This document shows, piece after piece, positions 49,183 to 57,295 of a stretch of DNA of 57,295 nucleotides. The stretch spans positions 1 to 57,295 of the forward strand of contig CAYZXF010000335.1 in NCBI GenBank assembly GCA_964482355.1, written 5' to 3'. Under the pieces are notes generated by a model. The model was not told the DNA's origin. It made no database searches and worked only from the letters and a program-made list of their open reading frames with translations. This stretch comes from an uncultured Anaerolineaceae bacterium. Its GTDB lineage: Bacteria; Chloroflexota; Anaerolineae; Anaerolineales; E44-bin32. A program made the translations under genes and the position numbers. The stretch's first letter is position 1, and every line of letters begins with the position of its first letter.

Positions 49183-49678
49183 TGTGGGCTTCCTTAATCA
49201 ATACAATTAGGTGCGTTCTGTCGGTTTCACCGTTATTAAACGATTCATGCTCGATGGATCGATCGACGCTATAAATCTTGCCAACTTCAAGATGCTGCTC
49301 CTTTCGGACGCCATTCTCATAAGACAGCGATATGCAATGTTCATTGGTTTCTACTGGTACGAGGAAGCCAAAGCCGTCATCGTGGTGACGATACAGTTTG
49401 CCTTCGGGCTTGAGTCTCAAAAACGATAGGTTCCGCCATGTATCGACCGGCCAGCGATCGGCAATTTCTGACACGGCTATTAAGGGTTCGTCGCAGGGCG
49501 CGGCTTGGTGGTCGGTTACCTCGCTGACATGATGTTCCCATCGCTTCCACCACGTCATCTCAAGCAATATATTGCGCAGTTCAGAAATGGTCGACTGAGA
49601 GACTGTGCCGACCTCCGTGTACATTACATCCACGCCTGTCCCATTAAAACATCGGCTGCGGCTACTTCTGGTACCCAA
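49175..49678 (-). CDS. Cupin/2OG-Fe(II) oxygenase, Asp/Asn beta-hydroxylase-like
   Basis: 167 aa. KLYRHHDDGFGFLVPVETNEHC...GKIYSVDRSIEHESFNNGETDRTHLIV fits the H.D...H...R pattern of aspartyl/asparaginyl beta-hydroxylase-type cupins. Confidence 0.55.
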   Translation of the reverse strand: MGTRSSRSRCFNGTGVDVMYTEVGTVSQSTISELRNILLEMTWWKRWEHHVSEVTDHQAAPCDEPLIAVSEIADRWPVDTWRNLSFLRLKPEGKLYRHHDDGFGFLVPVETNEHCISLSYENGVRKEQHLEVGKIYSVDRSIEHESFNNGETDRTHLIVLIKEAHND

Positions 49679-50415
49679 ACCCGTATGATCTCTGGCTCAA
49701 AAACCTGAAAATGATCCGCATGCAGAGAAATGTGCTCGGCATCAGTAAAGGGTTCGGCGGCCATATAAAGAACAGCACAATCACCATTCCAATGTCTATT
49801 AGCGCCATTGTCCGGACGTTGAAATAACGTCACTGAATTATCAGTGGCTGTATTCCGCGGATCACTCAAACTGCTAGAAGCAAAGAATCTGCCATTCTTG
49901 TAGATTCGGATGGCCGTACCATCAAGATGGCCGCTATAAATCCCCCGAGTACCGTTATCCCAAAACCCCGCACCAAACACAGAAGATTTGAATCCTTCCG
50001 CTGTTCCAATACCAATATTGCAGTTCTCGTCGGAACCGTTGGAAACTAAAAACCCGCCAGCACTGCCAAGAAAGTTCGCTCCGTAGTGTATAAGTCGTCG
50101 GCCAGAGCTTTGTCCATCGGATGCCCTGGCAATGGTGAAAAACGAAAATGAGCCATCACCACCTTCATAGGCACTGCCAGTATCTCCCCCAGTAAAGTCA
50201 TCGGCCTGTGCGTCTGATGTGACAAAATATGGGTCGCGCCCATGATGGAACGTTATTCCACTATTGGCATAAATATCATTATTAATTAAGTCTTTGGCTT
50301 GATTTTGAAATAGAAAAACCTGAACCAGTTTTTTCGCTATGGGGTTCGTTAAGTCTAACGGCGTGCCCGGTGGAGGTTGCCGATTCCACGGACGCTGATA
50401 ATTGATATAAGGCAT
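49624..50415 (-). CDS. LamG/concanavalin-like lectin-fold protein (tentative)
   Basis: 263 aa. SFFTIARA...GFLVSNG...LDGTAIRIYKNGRFFASSSL resembles LamG-type jelly rolls found in phage fibre accessory proteins. Confidence 0.5.
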   Translation of the reverse strand: MPYINYQRPWNRQPPPGTPLDLTNPIAKKLVQVFLFQNQAKDLINNDIYANSGITFHHGRDPYFVTSDAQADDFTGGDTGSAYEGGDGSFSFFTIARASDGQSSGRRLIHYGANFLGSAGGFLVSNGSDENCNIGIGTAEGFKSSVFGAGFWDNGTRGIYSGHLDGTAIRIYKNGRFFASSSLSDPRNTATDNSVTLFQRPDNGANRHWNGDCAVLYMAAEPFTDAEHISLHADHFQVFEPEIIRVWVPEVAAADVLMGQAWM

Positions 50416-50883
50416 TTAAGCGTGAGGTCCAACCGTTGTAGGTGTCACCCAAAGATTCCAGTCCTGCCCAATGGTTTGCCCTGTTGCGTTGTTGTGAAAA
50501 TAAAACTCATAAATCTGTGAAATAATATTGTTTGGAAGTCTTGCGCCGTAGAGATGCGAGAAGTAATTAGTATCAGCGGCTACTCCAAAATCAATGGGGA
50601 AAAACCCTAAGAAATGCGTCAGGTTATTCGCGTCTGGAACACCCGGATCGCTTGTCGATACAATATTTAGCGGCCTGCAATATAAATCAATAGACCCGAG
50701 AGTAGGAAATGTGGTATCGAATTGGCATTCAAGAACAGCATTGACAAAAGGCGCATCATCATCATTCGTCAATTCACTTGATGCCTCAGAAAATGCCGTG
50801 GTTGCGACAGTTGCAGTAGTTCCGTCATCTACCTGATCTTGAGTACCAAAGAAATCAATCAGGCTATCTGTTCCGATAGCCAT
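50416..50883 (-). CDS. Hypothetical virion-module protein
   Basis: 155-aa ORF abutting both neighbours. Confidence 0.55.
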   Translation of the reverse strand: MAIGTDSLIDFFGTQDQVDDGTTATVATTAFSEASSELTNDDDAPFVNAVLECQFDTTFPTLGSIDLYCRPLNIVSTSDPGVPDANNLTHFLGFFPIDFGVAADTNYFSHLYGARLPNNIISQIYEFYFHNNATGQTIGQDWNLWVTPTTVGPHA

Positions 50884-51206
50884 TACTGTTTACCTCGGTA
50901 ATACGCCAACAACTTACGCACAGCCTCAAATGTTTCTTTGCTTTCTCCGGTAAGTTCTTCATCTGGCGTTGTATAAGAGGTTGAGCCAGCCTTGGTAGGC
51001 ACATAGACGACCTTCAAGCCACTGTGAATCTGAGCGTCTAAATACCCGTGCTCTCTAAGCATGTGACCGGAAAGGCCGACTATAGTTTGGTTACAGACTT
51101 CACATTGATATCCTTTTTCGACCTGACGCTTTATCACGCCAATCGGTGTGCCCAAATATGAAACAATTGAAACCCCATTTTTATCTGGTTTTTGAATGGT
51201 GCTCAT
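50883..51206 (-). CDS. Hypothetical protein with a C2H2-like motif
   Basis: 107 aa. It contains CEVCNQTIVGLSGHMLREHG. Confidence 0.5.
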   Translation of the reverse strand: MSTIQKPDKNGVSIVSYLGTPIGVIKRQVEKGYQCEVCNQTIVGLSGHMLREHGYLDAQIHSGLKVVYVPTKAGSTSYTTPDEELTGESKETFEAVRKLLAYYRGKQ

Positions 51207-51508
51207 ACACCGGCGTCCGCATCAATAAATAAGGTGATGGCAGCATCCACATTCGCTTGTACGGCAGCGTCAGCAGCGCCCTGAATTTGTTCCACGGTTG
51301 CGCCGATATTTGCCGCCAATACCGCCATAAAAACGCGCCGAGCTTCATTCTCTGGGTTCTGAAAAGCCTTGTTGGCCCATGATTTTTGCTGGGCCGTAGC
51401 TGCCGCATCAAGCAATATTGCATTTGCCGCAACAATCACCGCTGTTGCTACCCGGTTTTTCAAGCCGCTGTCATTGAATAAGGTCCGTATTTCTGCATAT
51501 GATGCCAT
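51203..51508 (-). CDS. Hypothetical Ala-rich helical protein
   Basis: 101-aa ORF with a 4-nt overlap with the downstream gene. Confidence 0.5.
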   Translation of the reverse strand: MASYAEIRTLFNDSGLKNRVATAVIVAANAILLDAAATAQQKSWANKAFQNPENEARRVFMAVLAANIGATVEQIQGAADAAVQANVDAAITLFIDADAGV

Positions 51509-51582
51509 TATTTATCCTTACTTGTGTCGTCACAGGGCGGGCGATCAAAATATCCTTCTTAGCCATCGCCTGATCCAGTTGA

Positions 51583-51900
51583 TCAGCCTGCGCCAAAGTC
51601 CAAAGGGGGTTCTGGATTAGTGACTCCCATGATGATGTCCATTGCGTTGCTTGGTTTTGAAACAAGGCTGGGTGCGCTGAGATAAAACGCTTTCAATGCA
51701 ACAGTCGAAGCGCCATCAGGTAGGTTCATATTTGCCGTGGACTCGAAGAACTTGCCGTCAGGATTGAGTGTTCCGGGGAAACTGAGGAAGTCTGCTTCGT
51801 CCACCGTCAGCGTGTAGGATAAGTCGCCTTCAACATCGGAGCCGTCCGTGTTCTTCGTCGGCGCAGTCCATTTGAATTCTTTCGGGTTAATCTTTGCCAT
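51583..51900 (-). CDS. FN3/Ig-like single-domain protein
   Basis: 105 aa. FKWTAPTKNTDGSDVEGDLSYTLTV resembles phage fibronectin-type-III-like domains. Confidence 0.5.
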   Translation of the reverse strand: MAKINPKEFKWTAPTKNTDGSDVEGDLSYTLTVDEADFLSFPGTLNPDGKFFESTANMNLPDGASTVALKAFYLSAPSLVSKPSNAMDIIMGVTNPEPPLDFGAG

Positions 51901-51927
51901 AATTTAGCCTTTTACTTGTGTCGTTTA

Positions 51928-52326
51928 CTATGCGGCCTGTTGAGGAATCGCGATAATCTTCTCGATGAATCCTTGATTGGTGCGCTCAACGTTGAAGACA
52001 TAGCCGGTACGCTCCGCTGGACGAGAGTTTTTCTGAATCTCAGCGAGCACTGATTTCAGCGGTGTTAAATCGAACGTCTGTGACTTACTCACATTTTGCG
52101 ACTTAATGAGCGCCTGTAAGCTCGCAATCACCTCTAGTTGAACCTGATTGCGCGCTCCTTCCGCCTCGGCTCTCGCGCGATTGGACGCATTGAGTTCACT
52201 GATAGCTTTCACCAGGTCATCGAATCCGGCGATACGCTGCGCCGGCCTGTCAATTTTGATCTTGGCGCCGCCTTTGAGCAGTTCAACCAAGTCGGCCAGG
52301 TTTAATTCATCTGAATATTCAGCCAC
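51928..52326 (-). CDS. Hypothetical protein
   Basis: 132 aa, helical. It has an 8-nt overlap with the upstream 860-aa gene. Confidence 0.5.
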   Translation of the reverse strand: MAEYSDELNLADLVELLKGGAKIKIDRPAQRIAGFDDLVKAISELNASNRARAEAEGARNQVQLEVIASLQALIKSQNVSKSQTFDLTPLKSVLAEIQKNSRPAERTGYVFNVERTNQGFIEKIIAIPQQAA

Positions 52327-54901
52327 TTACACAGTCCAGTAATTTCTGAATGACACCGCGCCGCTTCACAGCCCGGTTGAAAATCTTTTGCGCCGGCTGC
52401 TCAATCTCAACGCCCTTATCGAGTCCCTTGACGCGCACTCTATCAACAAACGAGACTTTCTGAAAATCCTGCTGCGCCGCAACCTCCGGCAGCATCGCTG
52501 AGGCCTCGGCCAACAGGGTGCCTATTTCATTGGCAGCACCACCAACCAGCTCCTCGGCAGAAACCATTGCCTCAATCGTTTCCATCAGTTCTTTGAGCTC
52601 CGTGGCATCAAGTTGCGCCAGCGTCTGTTGCCCCGCACCGAGCGCCTTGCGCACCTCCTCATTGGTCATTGTCTCAAGATCAATGCCGGCTTCAGTAATA
52701 AAGCGTTGCAGCTCATCGAGCGTAGCCGCAGTCTCCTGCAGTCCGATATCCGTGGTGCGGCCAGTAAAGACAGCCTCGCCAGCCAGTTCCCGCTCAATGG
52801 CTTCGAGCAGCAAATTAGGATCCCGGGCCGGAATGAAGTTCGCCTCATACGCCGACTCAGCCAGCCCATCCAATGTCGCGCCCTCGATATTTACCGCACC
52901 AATTTTACCCAGTGCTTGCGTTTCTTTCAGAAAATCACGCGCCTCAAGCTCAGGGTCTGGCACCAGGCCACCGCTGCTGACGATGAAATCCAGCAAGGAC
53001 TCGCCGAATATCTCGCCTTGAGTTGGGATGTCGTTCATGCGCAGACGATCGATGTAGGGGTCAATGGTCGCGTCGACGTTTTCTGGCTGTGTAATGGCAG
53101 GCCCCTCGCCTTCAATGCGCTCGATACGGGACTGAAACAGTTGCCAGGCATCCATGCCGGCCTGCGGGTTGCGCTCAGCCATGGTGGAAAACACGAATTC
53201 GTTGAAGGTGGCTTGCTTTTCGGCCGCCTCAGCACTGAATCCACGCGCTAACAGGGCGCCAGTCACATACTCGTAAATCTCCGGCACGGCCGCGTACTCG
53301 GCACTGTCGGGCACCTCACCCTCTTGCAGCGCCTTCATGAGCTCAGGCGCCTCTTTTTGCCACTGCTCAGCCTCACGCATCGACATATCATCAGCGTGAA
53401 ATTTAAGGTCTGGCAACAAGCCAGCATGATGCTTGGAGCCCGCGATGTATTCTGCGTAGTTGGCCATTGGAATTTCCAGATCCACACCACCAGCCTCGTC
53501 CATATTGGCGATACCGAGTTGCTGCGCCATCTCATCAGGGTCCATACCAATCTCTTGAAAATACTCACGAAACTGCTCGCGATCAATGTGCACAAACTCA
53601 CCGCCGCCCTTCTCAATGACGCGCTCAGTGAAGGCCTTGAATTGTTCCGGCGTATCCGCCTTGGTTGTTGAGCCACTGGCCGCCTCATCGAGCGCTTGAA
53701 ACATGAGCTTGTTTTTGCGCGCCTGACGAACTTTTAAGCTGTCGGTCATGAACGAGCCGCTGGGCCCTATCGCTGACATTAGCCCGGCGCCCCACAGCGT
53801 CTGCACGGCGATACTGGTGACCCGCTCGATGTAGTCCTGTTCGCCCTCCTGATCCATGATGCCTTGGGCTGACTTTTGCCACTCACCGAGTCCCATCGTC
53901 ACCGATTCCTGCAAAACCTCAGTGACCACCTCTACACCCAGCACTTCGCCATAGCGCAGCACGTAATTACGCGCCGCACGTTTGAAGGTGAGGTCCTTGA
54001 ACACCTTGCCGGCCACCACCGAGCCAGTCATTTTACTGACTCCGGGGATGTATTTGACGCCAGTGCGAATCGAAAAGGCTTCCAATGCGGCATTCACGCC
54101 ACCGGCCGCGTTCGATGCCAGCAACGCGGTCTCAGTATCAAGCCCCATCTCAATGTACTCGCCATAGGCAAAACCACGCTCGAGTCGAAACGCCGCCTCC
54201 ACGGTGCCGGCTGTAAAGCCATATTTGAGTCCAGCCAAGGTCGCTGCTGGTACGGTAATGGCCTCCTCCGGCAAGGCTACTTGTGGACCCAATTGCCCCA
54301 GGGCCAGCGCGGTACCGCCTGCAGCGATTGCCGTTAGCGCCCCCATCTCAAAACCATGGCCGACCGCATAAAACGTGGTAGGCGCTTCCTTAGCCCCCCT
54401 GACAATCAATTTGCCCCAGAATCCAGAGGCGCCGAAGTCATGCGGCTGCATCATCTCGGTGAGTTCTGTGAGTCGCTCCTCATCTTCGGGTAAAACATTG
54501 CCGGCAACATGACGATCGTAAATGCGGCCCATCTCGACCTTTGCCCAACCGCTCTGCCAACCGAGCTCGCGCGCCCGACTGGTGCGCTCCCACCAACCGA
54601 GGTTTTTCTGATCGCGCTTCAGTACCGCCAGATGATAGGGGTTTTCAGCGGCAAAGCTCGCAAACCCAGGCGTCTCATCGATCCAGCGCTCGGCATCGAA
54701 ATCCTCTCGCAAGTGCTTTTTCTCAAGCTCATCGAGGTTCGACTCAATCAGCTCCATCGGCAATCCGGTAGAACCGGCGACATTCAACACTCGGGCTGCA
54801 ATCTCAGGATCGCGGTCGACGTTATTGGAAATATCGAGTCGCAGTTCCTCCTCAGCGTCAATTGCCCACTGTTCTTCTCTGCTGATACCAAGGTCTGCCA
54901 T
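52319..54901 (-). CDS. Internal virion/ejection protein (860 aa)
   Basis: A large ORF in the post-tail-tube position. A Gly/Ala-rich hydrophobic region (TAIAAGGTALALGQLGP...AAGGVNAALEAF) suggests membrane insertion. The role is inferred from T7-like gene order. Confidence 0.6.
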   Translation of the reverse strand: MADLGISREEQWAIDAEEELRLDISNNVDRDPEIAARVLNVAGSTGLPMELIESNLDELEKKHLREDFDAERWIDETPGFASFAAENPYHLAVLKRDQKNLGWWERTSRARELGWQSGWAKVEMGRIYDRHVAGNVLPEDEERLTELTEMMQPHDFGASGFWGKLIVRGAKEAPTTFYAVGHGFEMGALTAIAAGGTALALGQLGPQVALPEEAITVPAATLAGLKYGFTAGTVEAAFRLERGFAYGEYIEMGLDTETALLASNAAGGVNAALEAFSIRTGVKYIPGVSKMTGSVVAGKVFKDLTFKRAARNYVLRYGEVLGVEVVTEVLQESVTMGLGEWQKSAQGIMDQEGEQDYIERVTSIAVQTLWGAGLMSAIGPSGSFMTDSLKVRQARKNKLMFQALDEAASGSTTKADTPEQFKAFTERVIEKGGGEFVHIDREQFREYFQEIGMDPDEMAQQLGIANMDEAGGVDLEIPMANYAEYIAGSKHHAGLLPDLKFHADDMSMREAEQWQKEAPELMKALQEGEVPDSAEYAAVPEIYEYVTGALLARGFSAEAAEKQATFNEFVFSTMAERNPQAGMDAWQLFQSRIERIEGEGPAITQPENVDATIDPYIDRLRMNDIPTQGEIFGESLLDFIVSSGGLVPDPELEARDFLKETQALGKIGAVNIEGATLDGLAESAYEANFIPARDPNLLLEAIERELAGEAVFTGRTTDIGLQETAATLDELQRFITEAGIDLETMTNEEVRKALGAGQQTLAQLDATELKELMETIEAMVSAEELVGGAANEIGTLLAEASAMLPEVAAQQDFQKVSFVDRVRVKGLDKGVEIEQPAQKIFNRAVKRRGVIQKLLDCVSG

Positions 54902-56811
54902 TAGAAGCCGGGTGTCCCAGTCACCCTACCCAGCGCGTATTCAACGCCGTGCGTGTAGTAGTAGTAGATCGCCTCCTCCAGGTCCTTGTTCTCCGGCTCC
55001 GCACCATAGCTTTTCGCCATGTTGCTGAGCCATTCTCGGAGCGGCAATTTCTTGCCTGGCGGCAATACCACCGTCTTTCTACCCTGCGGCGTCATGAAGG
55101 TAATTTCACCGACCGGCTTGATGATCTGATTGGCGCGCGGGTCGGTCAGAGATATATAGGCACTCTTGCGGTCCTCCTCACTGAGCCCTTGCGCGAGTCG
55201 CTCTTTATCAAAGCCCACAGTGCGCGTGTACACCGTGTTTTCCATGAATCGCGCCATGAGCTGATTGAGTTCTGAGCCGCGCAGCCGGGCGCCTTTCTCC
55301 TCGGAGGCCGATATCACCACCTTATTCCACTCGGTCTCAATCCGCGCCCAGCGATCTTTGAGTTCTTTATTGTCCGTCTTGGTCGGCTTGTGCGGGAAAA
55401 ACTCCGACTGCACCAGATAATGCTGCAGTAGCTCCCCGGGATTCAAGCCACGCTCGGTTGTCGGCTCCTTGGCACCGGCATCCTGATACTGCTGCTGCTG
55501 TGTCTGCCACTGGCGCGCCTGCTCCAGCGTGATTTGCGTCGACCACGGCAGGTTGTCGTCATCGCCTCGCAGTTTTGGCATGTAGTCGGCTTTCAGATCA
55601 ATCTTGACTTTCTCATCCGCGGGTAAATTGCGCCAGATCTCCAGCGCATCCCACTCATTGACGTCATTCCAGCCATTGCGCTCGCGAATGTTTTGCGATT
55701 CCTTGCGCAGTGCCTGTTCCTCACCATTGCTAAGCCGTGCAATTTGGCTGGAGGGAAGCTGATTGAAACTCATGCCCTCGACGTAGCCAACCCCCTCCTC
55801 CTCGCCACCACGCAACAAGTCGCGCATGGACTCGTACACAGCCAGCCGTGACTGACCATCAATAGCCGCCTCGCTCGAGCGGCGCAGCCTGTCCTCGAGC
55901 AGAGCCTCTTTTAGGGCTTCGGGATTGTCTTTCAGATCCTTGCGCAGATACTCCTGACGCTCACGCGCATCCTTGTAATCCGGGTACAGCTCCCAGGCTT
56001 CATTACTGGACTCAAACGCCGCGCCCAGCGTGTTCTCGCGCTCATCCTGTGCCTTGAAGGTATTGAGGAGCTTTTGTTTTTCAGCGTCCGGCAGAAAATC
56101 AGCCAGCGAGCCCGTGCCGGCGCCGATCTCATCCTGCGGAAGGTTCGCCGCTATCGATTTCTCCAACGCCTCAATGGCGTCCTTGACGTCCATGGTAATC
56201 AGTTCAGCCGCGGCCACCGAGCGCACCAGTGCCTGTTGCCGGTCAATGCCATCCTGTGCGCTGATATTGCCCGTTTCTACGCTCGACTGAATCAGCTCAC
56301 CGCCGGTCATGAGCATGTCGTTGCGGGTTGAGGGATCCGCATTCAGCATGTCATCCGGCAGACGATTGAGCGACTCGTCCAGGTCCGCCACTTCCGCATC
56401 GATACGCCGTACCCGCGTGGCCTCGGCCATGGCGCTAAAGCCGCGCTCCACGGTCAAATCGCTGTCGGCGGCAAAGATCGCGGCATCGTTTGCATTGCTG
56501 ATCGAGGGTGTAATGCGGTCCCGATGCACACCCATTTTATTGCGGTAGTCCTCGGCGTAAGACTCCCACTTACCGTCTTCTTCAAGCTCACGGCGCGTCT
56601 GAATGTCGGCCTGCAGCAAGCGGGATTTAGCCGTGGCATAAGCAAGATGATCTTCTTTGCCCTTGCGCTCAGAGATGACTCTAACCAGCGTGTCCGCCGC
56701 CGTGCCCAGCGCATCGGCAACCGCCAGCTCACCGGAGCCCGGCACATCCAATCGATTCGATCGCAAGGAGGGGCGAGCACCGTAGTCAACTGATTGTGGG
56801 ATTTCAGCCAT
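54901..56811 (-). CDS. Internal virion protein (636 aa)
   Basis: A large helical ORF with a 1-nt overlap with the next gene. The role is inferred from position only. Confidence 0.6.
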   Translation of the reverse strand: MAEIPQSVDYGARPSLRSNRLDVPGSGELAVADALGTAADTLVRVISERKGKEDHLAYATAKSRLLQADIQTRRELEEDGKWESYAEDYRNKMGVHRDRITPSISNANDAAIFAADSDLTVERGFSAMAEATRVRRIDAEVADLDESLNRLPDDMLNADPSTRNDMLMTGGELIQSSVETGNISAQDGIDRQQALVRSVAAAELITMDVKDAIEALEKSIAANLPQDEIGAGTGSLADFLPDAEKQKLLNTFKAQDERENTLGAAFESSNEAWELYPDYKDARERQEYLRKDLKDNPEALKEALLEDRLRRSSEAAIDGQSRLAVYESMRDLLRGGEEEGVGYVEGMSFNQLPSSQIARLSNGEEQALRKESQNIRERNGWNDVNEWDALEIWRNLPADEKVKIDLKADYMPKLRGDDDNLPWSTQITLEQARQWQTQQQQYQDAGAKEPTTERGLNPGELLQHYLVQSEFFPHKPTKTDNKELKDRWARIETEWNKVVISASEEKGARLRGSELNQLMARFMENTVYTRTVGFDKERLAQGLSEEDRKSAYISLTDPRANQIIKPVGEITFMTPQGRKTVVLPPGKKLPLREWLSNMAKSYGAEPENKDLEEAIYYYYTHGVEYALGRVTGTPGF

Positions 56812-56854
56812 TATGGCTCTACGAGATCGTCGATGAGTGTTCGTTTCATATCAG

Positions 56855-57295
56855 CTATGCTCCGGCAGCGTCGGCATCGACCAGATAGAAATGTAACTTA
56901 ACGTCAACTCTTGTTCCATTTGCCTCTGCTTTTGCTCTAAACCAAATATCTGTTAATGCTTTAATCTTGATGTGAGACTTAAATTCTTCATCGTGAACAC
57001 CCTCGACACCAAAGGCATTCCAGAGAATTCTGCGTGGGTCCATGGGTGCTGATGTGTCTAAAATCCCTTCTCGTTCATACAATATGATATCAACCGTCTT
57101 ATTAGTTCCGATCTGAACATTGACAGTCAGGTGCGATATATACATTACCTTGCCAAGTGGAACAGTCCAAAACCCATTGCTTGCTTCACCTAAACCGTAT
57201 TGCACTGAAACATCAACACTCCCCTCCTCACCTACCATTTTAGAAAGCAAAGCACCATTGGCGAAAGTGGCATTGGTTACTCTACATTCTATATC
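56855..57295 (-). CDS. 3' part of the wrapping ~403-aa virion-module gene
   Basis: Track ORF 56855-57250 is the C-terminal portion. The frame is open upstream to the window end and joins 1-912 through the overlap. Confidence 0.65.
   Translation of the reverse strand, partial: DIECRVTNATFANGALLSKMVGEEGSVDVSVQYGLGEASNGFWTVPLGKVMYISHLTVNVQIGTNKTVDIILYEREGILDTSAPMDPRRILWNAFGVEGVHDEEFKSHIKIKALTDIWFRAKAEANGTRVDVKLHFYLVDADAAGA
57155..57295. repeat. Terminal overlap, copy 2 (identical to 1-141)
   Basis: See copy 1. Confidence 0.95.

Overview
The window is a complete tailed-phage genome written as a circular contig. Bases 1-141 are repeated exactly at 57155-57295, so the unique length is 57154 bp, and one virion gene wraps the junction. 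Coding is dense and mostly on the minus strand, with many 1-, 4- or 8-nt stop/start overlaps.

Minus-strand late block, in transcription order:
- terS-like gene (17717-18316), then ten small ORFs
- terL, portal, scaffold, capsid
- T7 gp11/gp12-like tail-tube genes and a short fibre
- (wrap) a ~403-aa virion protein
- 636-, 860- and 1473-aa internal/ejection proteins, interspersed with small accessory virion genes
- beta-helix tailspike
- endolysin, holin, spanins
- a cluster of small membrane proteins

A second minus-strand block (20502-34108) is an early/DNA-metabolism region. It holds an RHH regulator, a HerA/FtsK-like ATPase coupled to an HNH nuclease, a ParB-like protein, an SF2 helicase, RusA, a Lar-like protein, many Zn-ribbon ORFs and further HNH homing-type genes.

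Two plus-strand islands carry a J-domain protein plus HTH regulators (18486-20485) and an Erf/YqaJ recombination operon (34225-37454). A plus-strand secreted-protein moron (7008-7718) lies antisense inside the late operon.

I recognised no tRNA, rRNA, CRISPR array, integrase, DNA polymerase, primase or RNA polymerase.

Most notable unexplained signals:
1. The HerA-like ATPase with two C-terminal winged-helix-like repeats, translationally coupled to an HNH nuclease.
2. A 0.57-kb segment just downstream of that pair, whose coding status is doubtful.
3. A 19-bp perfect palindrome, GGGGTGACA(T/A)TGTCACCCC, present three times, each 14-22 nt upstream of an ORF start, plus weaker relatives.
4. Tandem 11-mers downstream of the terS-like gene.
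5. Two receptor-binding proteins that share both termini.

All functional calls rest on motifs read by eye and on synteny. No database search was run.
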